DNA of 64,000 nucleotides from an uncultured delta proteobacterium (GTDB taxonomy: Bacteria; Desulfobacterota; BSN033; UBA1163): contig CAVQFR010000007.1 in assembly GCA_963711845.1 (NCBI GenBank), positions 2,165 through 66,164 on the forward strand. The letters are read 5' to 3'. Shown here piece after piece: positions 10,890 to 21,130 of this stretch. The position numbers and the translations under genes were made by a program. Below the pieces are notes generated by a model. It was not told the origin of the DNA and ran no database searches. It worked only from the letters and a program-made list of their open reading frames with translations. How positions within the stretch are numbered: the stretch's first letter is position 1; each line of letters begins with the position of its first letter.

Positions 10890-11831
10890 ATGAGAAAAAC
10901 AAACGATGTAAAGTTCACACTGGTCTTCGGGTTGATCGGGTTAGCTGCCCTGAGCTTTGCTTTGTTTCCGAGTCAGGCAATTGCCCAGACCGCACCTGAT
11001 TTTGATGGGGATGGGATTCCCGATTCGGTGGAACAAAGTCCGAATGGTATCACTCTTCTCGGTAGCCCGCCCCAGAAGTTCCTGCCGTGCACAGGAGCTC
11101 AAGGCGAGGACAGGCGCACGTGTCTTAACTGGCAAACGCCTGACCTCTTCGTTATCCTGATCAGAGCTAAGGGATGCCCCGGCACACCCCCAAAGTGTGG
11201 GGCCAACGACCCGCTAGGGACTTGCCAGCCCCTTTTCACCAGCGGTAGCAACATCCCTGTGAAGCCCTATGCTACTGCTCCATATGATCCATGGGAGCTG
11301 GTGGAGGCGCGCAAGGACCAGGGCGGACTCGGGATCACGATCCATGAGATCACTGCGACTCAAGTGAACACACTCAGGGAAATCCCTGGTATCAATAATC
11401 CCAAGCAACATGCAGTGAGGCTCACCGAGAGCCTGAACGCCTGCGGGACTGTTGCACTTGGTTCTTCGAATCCGGGAACGCCTAACACAACGGGTGTCGC
11501 CACGCTTTACACCCAGCGGATCAAAAATAAAATAGACCAGGAATGCGCTGCTGTGTCGGGTAATTGTTACGACGGCTTAGACACAACCCACGAGATAAAG
11601 CCCCAGCTCTATTACCTCTACATCCAAAGCTTGCTTGTCCATGAGCTTGGGCACGTGATGGCGCTGACAAAATTGTGGACCCCGGACTACGGGGGCCCTC
11701 ACGAGGCACCCGGATCCCACTTTATCATGGAGCAGAAGCCACAAGTCAAGACAATTTTAGGTGATAGTGTGAAGTGGTACATTTCAATCGATTATTCGGT
11801 GCCGAGCAAGTCGGACTTCAAACTCAAATAG
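10890..11831 (+). CDS. Secreted zinc metalloprotease (HExxH zincin)
   Basis: Signal peptide (…ALFPSQAIAQT) and the motif LLVHELGHVMAL. An N-terminal DFDGDGIPD Ca-binding-like motif is also present. The gene lies directly downstream of the TSP3-repeat protein gene. Confidence 0.7.
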   Translation: MRKTNDVKFTLVFGLIGLAALSFALFPSQAIAQTAPDFDGDGIPDSVEQSPNGITLLGSPPQKFLPCTGAQGEDRRTCLNWQTPDLFVILIRAKGCPGTPPKCGANDPLGTCQPLFTSGSNIPVKPYATAPYDPWELVEARKDQGGLGITIHEITATQVNTLREIPGINNPKQHAVRLTESLNACGTVALGSSNPGTPNTTGVATLYTQRIKNKIDQECAAVSGNCYDGLDTTHEIKPQLYYLYIQSLLVHELGHVMALTKLWTPDYGGPHEAPGSHFIMEQKPQVKTILGDSVKWYISIDYSVPSKSDFKLK

Positions 11832-11910
11832 CTCGGACGGACACATCTCGGAGGCAGTTGGCAGGTGGATTTCAGAGAGAAAGATGAATTCTCAGAAAGG
11901 AGGATTTAGG

Positions 11911-12435
11911 ATGAAGATAATGAAGGTACTTTTTGTTTTGCTGTTGATAGCGGGAGTGTTCCTTTTCACAGGCCCATCAACTCTGCAAGCTGGTGGGGGC
12001 GGTGTGGTGCCATGGGACGCTATCCAGATAAATCAGGCCCCGCGACCTTGGGTGGATTACAGAGGGGGCGAGCTTTCCGTCCTTTTCGAAAGATTTGACG
12101 CGAGCTCAGCGTTTGCTGGTGACGACTCCCTCTGTCCATTTGCACTATTGGTCACAAAGATGAGCTTCTCTCTGAAATTGAAGGTAGCCGGAATCCAACA
12201 GGCTTACAGCCAGGTGAGAGATGTTGTTGTCTGTCATGACAATTTCGACGGGCAGTGGGAAGAGCTGAAGAACTTTCTCAACGAAGTGGTTATCAGCGGC
12301 ATCTGCGGTTCTCCAGGCGTGTGGGGACTTCCTGATGTGGGTGGAAATTGGGTCGTTACAAAACTCGTAAACCCGGCTGCGAGCTCTGATGTCTTTATGG
12401 CACAGATAAATATCGCCGTTAAGTGTTCGCCCTAA
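11911..12435 (+). CDS. Small secreted Cys-containing hypothetical protein
   Basis: Start chosen at MKIMKVLFVLLLIAG, preceded by a strong SD (aaaggagga) 7 nt upstream. It has a signal peptide and 4 Cys. No recognisable domain. Confidence 0.5.
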   Translation: MKIMKVLFVLLLIAGVFLFTGPSTLQAGGGGVVPWDAIQINQAPRPWVDYRGGELSVLFERFDASSAFAGDDSLCPFALLVTKMSFSLKLKVAGIQQAYSQVRDVVVCHDNFDGQWEELKNFLNEVVISGICGSPGVWGLPDVGGNWVVTKLVNPAASSDVFMAQINIAVKCSP

Positions 12436-13183
12436 TCAGAGCCCGTTGAGAAGCCCCATCCCAAGCCCAGGAGCTCTTGCGAAATTATTCTTGGGAGACA
12501 AACCTGACTCAGACTCACGTGGTCAAGCCGGTCACTAAAAGAGGATAAGGGCAGGTGCGACTGTTCGTGACCAGCACCGTCATGAGCGTAGCCTGCAAGA
12601 ATTGAACGGCTTCGGGCCTTCAAAAAATACAGCACTGCGTTTGAGGATCCTTTTTGCCCACGGGCCGTTGTGTTGGCTCCTGGGCATCATTTTTTGCTCA
12701 GCTATCAAAAATCAGTTTAGGAGTTTCATTCAGTTCAAAGTTGGTATTGAGTACCAGGGGACCCAGCACTATTGATCACGGCCGAAAGGTCGTCCTGATC
12801 AGGCGCAATCCCAATCTTCGAGTCGGTATGAAATATGGGTGTCTCAGCAACGCGGGCATGCGGTGATCGCATGTAAGGGCAATTGAGTGCAGCCTCGGAC
12901 TTTTGCAGAGTTTAAAGAAGATATTTTCGCGTAAACATGATGTGCCCGCCAGCCCACTGCAAGGTGGCTGGCAGGAATTATTGTTGAAGGATCGTTTGAG
13001 TTCAAAGGCGCCCCTTGGGTAACTTCAATGCATTACTCCAATTTCTCAGTTTCGCCACCTAAATCTTATTTCCCCCGGACATTTGAACCCTGTTGCTGGC
13101 ACCGTTGCTTCTGTGCTATGCTTCGATTTGAAAACCACGACGTTAAGCTCTAAACGTAAAATCGCAAACAAGGAGAAGTTTGC

Positions 13184-15697
13184 ATGAAGGACCGCTTCAA
13201 TGTCCCGTCCGTTATCCTTTATGCTCTGATCACTATCACCATCGTGATCACTATCTTTTGTTTCGTCAAGGCCCTATCATGGATAAACAAGCCATTCCCT
13301 GGCTTCACGATATATCACCCTCCCTATGTGGGCTCCTACAGCAGCAGAGACTGGCCGGGCAAACAGGCAGGCCTGAAATACTTAGATCGTATCCTCTCCA
13401 TTGATGGTCAAGCCGTCAAGATAGGCCAGGATGTGCTCGATGCGATCGAGAAAACGGACCCAGGAACACTGGTTCATTATCGGGTCCAGTCAAAAGGCGA
13501 AGTCCGTGAAGTCTCGGTGCCAGTGGACATATTCACTCTGAAAGATTTCTTTATGGTCTTTTCGATCAACTTTTTTGTTGGCCTCGCGATTTGTATCCTC
13601 GGCTTCATCGTCTATATTCTCAAACCCAACACATTTACAAGCTGGGCCTTTCTGATACTGAGTTTCACCATAGGCCACTACGGTATAACCGGCTTTGAAA
13701 TCCATTCCTCATATTGTCTTGTCCGATTTCATTATCTCGTTCTTAGCATCTTTCCGTTCACTTTCTTGCATCTTGGTTTGATCTTCCCTGAAAGAAAGCC
13801 CATAATGATTAGGTTCCCAGCACTTGAATACCTCATCTACGTGCCACCCATATTATTAGCCGTGGCTTACCAAATCTATTTTTCAACATTTCCGGAGGTG
13901 GTTGGATCAAATTCGCCATCTTGGTTACCTACCTATATAGAACTCAGCACTTTCGCCAGAGTGTTTACGCTTTTTGGCTTTGTGAGTTTCATAGTCCTCG
14001 TCATTCACACCTACTTCAAGACTGCTGTCATAACGGCCCGCCAGCGAGCCAAGATGATGATTTTTGGAGTGGCCATTGCTTTTCTCCCTGTGGCAATATT
14101 AGCACTACTTGCCCTCGCGCTGAAGGTGTATTTCCCGTATAATTTTGTATCTCTCTTTGCTGTCTTCTTTCCTGTGTTAATCGCTTACTCCATTGTCAGG
14201 CACAACCTCTTCGATGCTGACATTATTATAAGACGCACCGTGGGGTATGCGATTGTTACGGTTGTGGTCATTGCAGCCTACCTGGGGGTAACCATTTCAC
14301 TGAATGTCTTTGTAGGCAAATACCAATTAGCACAGTCTCAGGCTTTTCCCATATTGTTCACCCTTGGAATAATTCTGGTTTTCAACCCTTTGCGTAACCG
14401 TATTCAATCTCTTGTGGACCGTCTGTTTTTTCGGAAGGAATATGACTATGGCGCTATCGTGGAAAAAGTTGGTGGAGCCATGACCTCTTTGCTGGAACTG
14501 CCAATGATTCTTAAGCGCCTTACACAAACCTTGATTGAAGATATGTTCATCAACACCAGTTCTGTCATGCTATTGACTTCGGCTGGGATTGAATATCAGA
14601 TCTACCTGGCAGACGGAGAAAGAAAAGAAGATGTGGAAAGGAGAATTATCAAGAGGGATGAGCCTCTCATTGAGATCATTGAAGGTGAGAAAAGGGAAGT
14701 AACGAAATATGACATGCTTGAAGATCCAAAATACAGATCAGTTTCCGAAAGCTGTGCCGCCAATTTTGAGGCGCTTCATGCGAGTCTCATGGTTCCTTTG
14801 GTTTTTCAAGACCGGGTGATTGGCTCGCTAAACCTGGGTGAAAAGAAATCAGGTAAAGCTTACAACCGTGAAGATATCGATCTTCTCCGTACGTTAGCTC
14901 ATCAGGGGGCAGTGGCTATTGAAAATGCGAGGCTCTTCCAGGAAAACTTGGAAAAACAGCGCATGGAAGAGGAATTGAACATTGCACGTGACCTCCAGAT
15001 GAGCATGCTTCCATCTGTTTGTCCTCAGATCGCGGGATTCACCATAGCAGCTACTTCAATCCCAGCGAGGGAAGTGGGTGGAGATTTCTTTGATTTCATT
15101 GAGTTGGGTGAGGAGAGATTGGGCCTTGTTGTAGGGGACGTGACCGGGAAAAGCGTTTCCGGTGCCCTCGTCATGGCAGCATCCCGAAGCGTATTCCGCA
15201 TGCTGTCCGACGAGCAGCTTTCGGTAGGGGATATCATGATCCGGGCCAACAAGAGGATCAAGAAGGATATCAAGTCAGGCATGTTCGTGGCCTTGCTTTA
15301 TGCGGTTTTAGATGGGAGTAACAAAATTCTGAGTTTCTGTAGCGCCGGCCAAACCCAACCAATACACTTCTCCCCCAAGACGGGGGAAGCCCATCTCATG
15401 GAGACCGAAGGGGACAGATTCCCTCTCGGCATCCTGGATGAGGCTGATTATCAGGAAACCCGACTGAAACTTGAGCGAGGCGACAGGGTTGTCTTTTATA
15501 CGGACGGTATCGTTGAGGCAATGAATAAGCAAAAGGAGATCTTTGGGTTCGAGCGCCTGCAGGATGTGGTTAGGACTGCAGGAAAGATGTCGGCAGATCC
15601 CCTCTTGAAGGAAATCCTTGACAACGTCAGCAGATTTGTCGGTGGCGCCGCCCAACACGACGACCTGACCGTCATCGTGGTAAGTGTTGAAGGGTAA
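13184..15697 (+). CDS. Membrane-bound PP2C-family Ser/Thr phosphatase (RsbU/SpoIIE-like) with an N-terminal PDZ-like domain, ~8 TM helices and a GAF domain
   Basis: 837 aa. PDZ-like segment (LDRILSIDGQAVKIGQDVLDAIEK). Hydrophobic block at 13560-14350. GAF end (HQGAVAIENARLFQE). PP2C motifs (EVGGDFFDF, VVGDVTGKSVSGAL, FYTDGIVEA, HDDLTVIVVSV). SD aaggag upstream. Confidence 0.8.
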   Translation: MKDRFNVPSVILYALITITIVITIFCFVKALSWINKPFPGFTIYHPPYVGSYSSRDWPGKQAGLKYLDRILSIDGQAVKIGQDVLDAIEKTDPGTLVHYRVQSKGEVREVSVPVDIFTLKDFFMVFSINFFVGLAICILGFIVYILKPNTFTSWAFLILSFTIGHYGITGFEIHSSYCLVRFHYLVLSIFPFTFLHLGLIFPERKPIMIRFPALEYLIYVPPILLAVAYQIYFSTFPEVVGSNSPSWLPTYIELSTFARVFTLFGFVSFIVLVIHTYFKTAVITARQRAKMMIFGVAIAFLPVAILALLALALKVYFPYNFVSLFAVFFPVLIAYSIVRHNLFDADIIIRRTVGYAIVTVVVIAAYLGVTISLNVFVGKYQLAQSQAFPILFTLGIILVFNPLRNRIQSLVDRLFFRKEYDYGAIVEKVGGAMTSLLELPMILKRLTQTLIEDMFINTSSVMLLTSAGIEYQIYLADGERKEDVERRIIKRDEPLIEIIEGEKREVTKYDMLEDPKYRSVSESCAANFEALHASLMVPLVFQDRVIGSLNLGEKKSGKAYNREDIDLLRTLAHQGAVAIENARLFQENLEKQRMEEELNIARDLQMSMLPSVCPQIAGFTIAATSIPAREVGGDFFDFIELGEERLGLVVGDVTGKSVSGALVMAASRSVFRMLSDEQLSVGDIMIRANKRIKKDIKSGMFVALLYAVLDGSNKILSFCSAGQTQPIHFSPKTGEAHLMETEGDRFPLGILDEADYQETRLKLERGDRVVFYTDGIVEAMNKQKEIFGFERLQDVVRTAGKMSADPLLKEILDNVSRFVGGAAQHDDLTVIVVSVEG

Positions 15698-15721
15698 AGA
15701 AAACGCACTGCACCTTGCCCT

Positions 15722-17350
15722 ATGCGACAACTCTTGTGTGGAACAATTAACGTACTGAAGACCAGAGTATTAAAGATATCCCTCCTTTTTCTTGCCCCGG
15801 TTCTGTCCGGGACTTTGCTTGTTCTGGCCTTCCCAAAGTATGACCTGGGATGGCTGGCGTGGGTTGGACTTCTACCACTCCTTGTTGCTGTCTATGGGAA
15901 AAGGGCATTATTCGGTTTCTTTTTGGCATTCCTTTGCGGCATCAGCTTTTTCTCAGGAGTCTTCTATTGGACGCTGCAGGTTAGTTCCTTTACTTTCCTT
16001 CACCAGGTTATCCTGATCGTTTACTTGGGCTCCTATTTTGGGTTCTTCGGGTTAGCATTCTCTTTTCTTACAAAACGCTTTAATTTGACAGAAGTATTCC
16101 TCACGGCCCCATTCCTCTGGGTTTCTCTGGAATTCGTCAGATCAAACATGGGGTTTATGGCGCACCCATGGCCGTTGCTTGGGCACTCCCAGGTTCCCTA
16201 TCCACAGGTTATTCAGATCGCTTCTTTCTCGGGAGCATACGGGGTCAGTTTTCTCATTGTCATAATCAATTCTGCGGTAGCTGGCCTGGTTCTCCCTCTA
16301 TTTCACCGAACAACTGCTTCTGTTCGGCAGCCGCTTAAAACCAGTCCTGAGCGTGGGGCATCCGCCCTGGCGGGCGCAGCAGCCCTTTTTCTGATGGTCA
16401 GCTTAGCCTACGGCGTTGTGACCATATCTCAGCCAATCCAGGGAAAGGGAATCAAGGTCTCTGTAATCCAGGGAAATATTGAGCAGAGCAAGAAGTGGAA
16501 TCCGGCGTACATAAAATTCATTATGCGTACCTACACCGACCTGTCGCAAGAGGTCTCAAAGAATCGGCCGGCACTCATCATCTGGCCCGAGGCCGCTACG
16601 CCTCTGATGATCACCAAAGCCCCCAAGCTCCACGAAGAGGTTAGACGGATGGCAGAGGCGGGCGGAAGCTATCTATTGTTAGGAAGCTCCAGTCATGAAA
16701 AATTCAAGAAAGGGAAGGAGGCCAAGTTTTATAACTCTGCCTTTCTCATCAGTCCTGAGGACAAAGGCACAAATCAGCGATATGACAAGATCCGCCTTTT
16801 GCCATTTGGGGAATACATGCCCATGGAAGAGACCATCCCCTGGCACTGGATCAATGTGCCCAATGTAAGCAACTATACACCTGGAAAAGAATTCACCGTA
16901 TTCGAAGGGCCGGGTTTCCGTTTTAGCGTGAATATCTGCTGGGAAACCGTATTCCCCGACATGGTCAGACAATTCGTTAAGAACGGAGCCCAGTTTGTCG
17001 TCAACATCACAAATGAAGCATGGTTCGGGAAGACCGCCGCCCCTTACCATTTCCTCTCCTCGAACGTGTTCCGAGCCGTGGAAAACAGGATTTATTTGGT
17101 GCGCTGCGCAAATACGGGAGTCTCTTGTTTCATCGACCCTTACGGTCGAATTGTTGATCGCGTTAAGGACGCAAGCGGTCAGGATATTTTTGTGAGGGGC
17201 GTGTTAACCGAAACGATAATCCCTATGGATTCTAAGACCATTTATACACGCTATGGGGACTGGCTAGCGTGGCTGTGTATAGGGTGCTCTGCGCTTTTCT
17301 TGATTATTGGTCTTTCTAAACATAAGTCGAACCTGTTCTCCATCTCCTAA
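15722..17350 (+). CDS. lnt: Apolipoprotein N-acyltransferase
   Basis: 542 aa. N-terminal multi-TM region followed by a CN-hydrolase domain (NICWETVFPD, catalytic Cys context; RLLPFGEYMP). Confidence 0.85.
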   Translation: MRQLLCGTINVLKTRVLKISLLFLAPVLSGTLLVLAFPKYDLGWLAWVGLLPLLVAVYGKRALFGFFLAFLCGISFFSGVFYWTLQVSSFTFLHQVILIVYLGSYFGFFGLAFSFLTKRFNLTEVFLTAPFLWVSLEFVRSNMGFMAHPWPLLGHSQVPYPQVIQIASFSGAYGVSFLIVIINSAVAGLVLPLFHRTTASVRQPLKTSPERGASALAGAAALFLMVSLAYGVVTISQPIQGKGIKVSVIQGNIEQSKKWNPAYIKFIMRTYTDLSQEVSKNRPALIIWPEAATPLMITKAPKLHEEVRRMAEAGGSYLLLGSSSHEKFKKGKEAKFYNSAFLISPEDKGTNQRYDKIRLLPFGEYMPMEETIPWHWINVPNVSNYTPGKEFTVFEGPGFRFSVNICWETVFPDMVRQFVKNGAQFVVNITNEAWFGKTAAPYHFLSSNVFRAVENRIYLVRCANTGVSCFIDPYGRIVDRVKDASGQDIFVRGVLTETIIPMDSKTIYTRYGDWLAWLCIGCSALFLIIGLSKHKSNLFSIS

Positions 17351-17726
17351 AGTGTTTAATCATACGCCGCTTTATCCTCTCATACAAAGCCGGCCCATTA
17401 ACGTAGCTCTCCCTAGATTGGAATGGGTTGGAATTCCTTGCGGGAACTATAAAACACTGGTAGCATCTGCCATGCCAATGCGTTATAGATAGTGTGCCTT
17501 AAAGGGCCCTGGCGATCTGGACCAGTTTCGAGGTCAACAGAAAACTCAGCAAGAAGTCACTCTTCTTTGAAGGCTTTGGCCAATTTCGGACTGAAAACGA
17601 AATGCTGGAGTGGTAGGCAAAAGAGCTCCTTAAGTGCTTGCCTAGAAAGTAAGCTTTGACAGGATCCTGAGCGTAGTGTTATTCTTCACTCGGTCTGTTG
17701 AAGTTTGGCCGAACAATAGCTGAGAC

Positions 17727-19001
17727 TTAGGGCCAAGCTGGCAAGTTTATATTATTGACGCGAGTGAGCACCAGTTGATGGTCGTTTAGCGTGCGTGTGG
17801 CGAATCCGGCCTCACAATAAGAGAAATAGTAAAGCCACTTTCTCTGGAACTCTTGGTCAAAGCCCATTTGAGAAATTGCATCCTGAGCGGACTGGAAACG
17901 TTGACGCCAATGTCTCAGAGTCAGAGCATAGTGAAAACCCACATTTTCCAGGTTCTCAACTACAAAGCTCGAGTAGGCAGTCATAGCTTGGCAGAGCGCG
18001 GTTAATGATGGGAGAAGTCCACCCGGAAAGATGTGTTTCGGAATCCAGCCACAGCGCTTCCGATAAGCGTCATATTCCTGATCAGGATAGGTGATGACCT
18101 GTAGCACCAGGAGCCCGTTGGGTTTGAGTAGCCGGTCACAGCACTGAAAAAAGGTTCCCAGATACGCATGTCCGACAGCTTCCAGCATCTCGATAGAGAC
18201 AATCTTATCGAAATGTCCGTGTACCTCACGGTAATCGGCATGAAGGATCTTGATTCGGTGATCGAGCCCTTCCTGGCGAACCCGGTCTCGGGCTAAACGG
18301 TACTGCGCTTCAGAAACAGTAATTCCAGTAACGCGACAGCCAGTTCTCCTAACCGCCTCGATGGCAAAGCTGCCCCAACCGCACCCGATTTCGAGAACAT
18401 GATCGCTAGAATCAATACGGGCCTTATTTATGATGGCGATGAGCTTGTTTAATTGGGCCGTCTCAAGGGTGTCGCTGGGAGAGAGATATAGCCCGCAGGA
18501 ATATGTCATCGATACATCCAGAAAGAGCTGGAAGAAGTCATTGCTGATGTCATAGTGGCGTTCAATATTCTTCCGTGCTCCTGAAAGGGTGTTTTTTTGT
18601 GTTAGATACCTCAAACGATTGAGAGCCCGCAACACACAAGCTGTTCGGAATTGTCCATCTGAAACGGCATCTTTGTTTTCAATAAATAGCCGAATCACCC
18701 CAGTCAGGTCGCTCGAATCCCAGTATCCTGCCATATAGGCTTCACCAAACCCTACGTCTCCTTCAAATAGGCACCGGGAGAAAAAATTATAATTTTTGAT
18801 CGTAAGGTCTGCCTTTAGGGAGGAACTCTTATCTCCATAAGTGCGCGCCTCGCCATTTGGGAGGTATACCGTTAACACACCCCGTCGTAAACGCGCAAAA
18901 ACTCCAAGAAGAACCGTCATGCATGGCTTCTGTATAAAAGTAGGCTGGTTTCTACGAATCGTCATTTCACTTCGAGGTAGAGGTTTAATACACATCGCCA
19001 A
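17727..19001 (-). CDS. cfa: Cyclopropane-fatty-acyl-phospholipid synthase family SAM-dependent methyltransferase
   Basis: 424 aa with the SAM motif VLEIGCGWGSFAIEAV and the CFA/mycolic-acid-synthase family C-terminal region. The true start is probably the internal MTIRRN at ~18965. Confidence 0.8.
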   Translation of the reverse strand: MAMCIKPLPRSEMTIRRNQPTFIQKPCMTVLLGVFARLRRGVLTVYLPNGEARTYGDKSSSLKADLTIKNYNFFSRCLFEGDVGFGEAYMAGYWDSSDLTGVIRLFIENKDAVSDGQFRTACVLRALNRLRYLTQKNTLSGARKNIERHYDISNDFFQLFLDVSMTYSCGLYLSPSDTLETAQLNKLIAIINKARIDSSDHVLEIGCGWGSFAIEAVRRTGCRVTGITVSEAQYRLARDRVRQEGLDHRIKILHADYREVHGHFDKIVSIEMLEAVGHAYLGTFFQCCDRLLKPNGLLVLQVITYPDQEYDAYRKRCGWIPKHIFPGGLLPSLTALCQAMTAYSSFVVENLENVGFHYALTLRHWRQRFQSAQDAISQMGFDQEFQRKWLYYFSYCEAGFATRTLNDHQLVLTRVNNINLPAWP

Positions 19002-19018
19002 GTTGTTTCGGAATACAC

Positions 19019-20764
19019 TTATTCTGAAAGATGGCCAGCGAGTTTTTCTGGCTGGTGGACTGTAATCCCTGATGGCCTTACCGCCTTGGCACTGGTTTCA
19101 TAGAAGGTTGGCGGTTCATACGTATGTCCAGCTGCAAGACGGTTTTTTTCCCTCCTAAGAAGATACAAAATACAGCGCCCAACAATGGGAGCCACAATCC
19201 AGGATTTTAATCCGAACTCACGGTAGATATCTTTCAGTATATCCGTCATCTTCTTCACGATTCCGGGATTTTCCTTGAACCAGCACCGGCCCGCCCATAG
19301 GCCCGCAGCATAAAGGGTCGCCATCTCTTCAACTTCTCTGGTAAATCTTTTACGAATTCGGGCTTCCGGATGATTCTTGTTCTTCATCCAGCCGTTCATT
19401 AATGTGCGCATCATACGCATTACACTTGGGCCATTCACTTCAAAGTCACGTTGGAAAGCTCGCAGCAAGAACTCACCTTCCTGCCCGTCCTTGATGTGAG
19501 GATGACGATAGTTGAATCGGAATTGTCCGTGAGCATCTGCCTCTTCAAGCTCAGATTCATCCAAAAGATCCCCTCTTTCCTTTAGAATAGCGCGCAGCGG
19601 AGAGCCATGTACAGCTGTATATAACATAAATTGATGAAAATCGGTTTCGTGGCCCACAGCCCAATCGATAGCCTCATCGATGTTTTCCGGCGTGTGCTCC
19701 CCTAAGCCTATTATAGTCGATCCCAAGACCCGGATGCCATTTGCCTGTAACTCGCGAACAAAAGATCGAGTGTCACAGCCTTTAACCTTCCCATATCTGC
19801 TGTTTTCGCCCTCTAATCCAATCCATACCCAGGATATCCCTAAACCCACCAACTGCTCCATTGAATAGTTTCTCAACGCGTCTATTGAACTAAATACATA
19901 TAGCGCCCAAGCCTTTTCATGTTCTTTCATCAGATCCAACAAACGCAATGCCCGCATTCGATGCAAAAGGAAATTCTCGTCCATCACGATAAAGGACCCC
20001 ACGCCCATTTCCTGCTCTAATTGGCACGCGATGTCGAACAACTCATCGCCTGTTTCATAGAAATTGACAAATCTTCCCTTCCCACCGAACATGGCCGAGG
20101 TCGCACAAAAATTACACCCGATCGGACAACCGACGGAAGGGATAAGCACTGCAGCAGTTCCGCGATTGCCACTAGTGAGGGTTATACCCATGCAGCGCGG
20201 ATCTATTGCAGAAATAATTTGTGGATGGTTGATAGGCTGGTTCTGTTCTCCACCTAGAAACCTCCTAAACCATCGCACACCATCGCCGCGTACCACATAG
20301 TCAGCATCAATCCTATCACCAAGGTCCGCCATATTGGCGATATACCCGCCAACCACAATAGTGGTGCCAGGCTGGCGCTCACGAATGATCGCGCACATCT
20401 TTTCCACTTTTTTGACGTTTGCCGGGATTGCGCTGATTCCAATGATATCGTATTTTTTGTCTTCGATCTCCTGGACAAAACGATCAAGAGTTGGATAATC
20501 GAGCAGCGTACAGGGCGCACCAACGTTTGCCTGAATCAATATCAGTCCGCAACTCCGGTGAAACATTCGAGGTGAAAAAGGACCTTGAACTCTTGTAACC
20601 TGGTTATGGTACAATTCCATCGGGTTGAGTGTGCGGCTTCCGTACTCATCGTCCTGTGCATAAGGGCCAAAGACGCTTGTCAAGAGAACCTTCGCACAGG
20701 AGCCAAGTGGGTGGGCTTCCTGGTGGTTAAGACTGGCTGGATCGTTGACGTCACAAACCTTCAT
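19019..20764 (-). CDS. B12-binding (class B) radical SAM enzyme
   Basis: 581 aa. N-terminal cobalamin-binding Rossmann-like region and the radical SAM cluster motif CPIGCNFCATS. It is immediately upstream of, and co-directional with, the cfa-like gene (17 nt gap). Confidence 0.75.
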   Translation of the reverse strand: MKVCDVNDPASLNHQEAHPLGSCAKVLLTSVFGPYAQDDEYGSRTLNPMELYHNQVTRVQGPFSPRMFHRSCGLILIQANVGAPCTLLDYPTLDRFVQEIEDKKYDIIGISAIPANVKKVEKMCAIIRERQPGTTIVVGGYIANMADLGDRIDADYVVRGDGVRWFRRFLGGEQNQPINHPQIISAIDPRCMGITLTSGNRGTAAVLIPSVGCPIGCNFCATSAMFGGKGRFVNFYETGDELFDIACQLEQEMGVGSFIVMDENFLLHRMRALRLLDLMKEHEKAWALYVFSSIDALRNYSMEQLVGLGISWVWIGLEGENSRYGKVKGCDTRSFVRELQANGIRVLGSTIIGLGEHTPENIDEAIDWAVGHETDFHQFMLYTAVHGSPLRAILKERGDLLDESELEEADAHGQFRFNYRHPHIKDGQEGEFLLRAFQRDFEVNGPSVMRMMRTLMNGWMKNKNHPEARIRKRFTREVEEMATLYAAGLWAGRCWFKENPGIVKKMTDILKDIYREFGLKSWIVAPIVGRCILYLLRREKNRLAAGHTYEPPTFYETSAKAVRPSGITVHQPEKLAGHLSE

Positions 20765-21023
20765 CTGACACTGTAAATTGGCTCTCGCTTTGGGAGGATT
20801 GGCTTGCTAGTTGTTCTCTTATACCAATAAACTCATGGAAAAGCAACTCAACAGCTCTAGTGCATTAAATTCATGCAAAGAGATCATTGCCTTTTCTGCG
20901 CCTCGTAGGGTCTGAATAATAACCACTGTTTTGCATCGAAACCGATTTTGCTTGGATATAGGCTTGTTCAACCTTGGCGGTTTGTTCTTAAAGAATAGCA
21001 GGATAAAGAAGAAAAATTCAGTC

Positions 21024-21052
21024 TTGAAAAAGTATCGCCAATTTAATATAAT
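21024..21052 (+). promoter_or_regulatory. Consensus sigma70-type promoter (TTGAAA, 17 nt spacer, TATAAT) upstream of the rsbW-like gene
   Basis: ttgaaa at 21024-21029, a 17 nt spacer, tataat at 21047-21052. It lies ~80 nt upstream of the 21131 start. Confidence 0.5.
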
Positions 21053-21130
21053 AGCGCCATTCTTCCGGAATTTCAGTTCATCCATCGTATTTGATTAGCT
21101 TTCATCTTTTGTGATGGGAGAGGAGTTCTC

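Noticed and set aside
13095-13115. TGGCAC motif suggesting a sigma54 promoter upstream of the PP2C phosphatase gene
   Set aside because: The downstream GC element (TTGC) is only 2 nt after TGGCAC, not the required ~4-5 nt spacing, so it is not a credible -24/-12 promoter.
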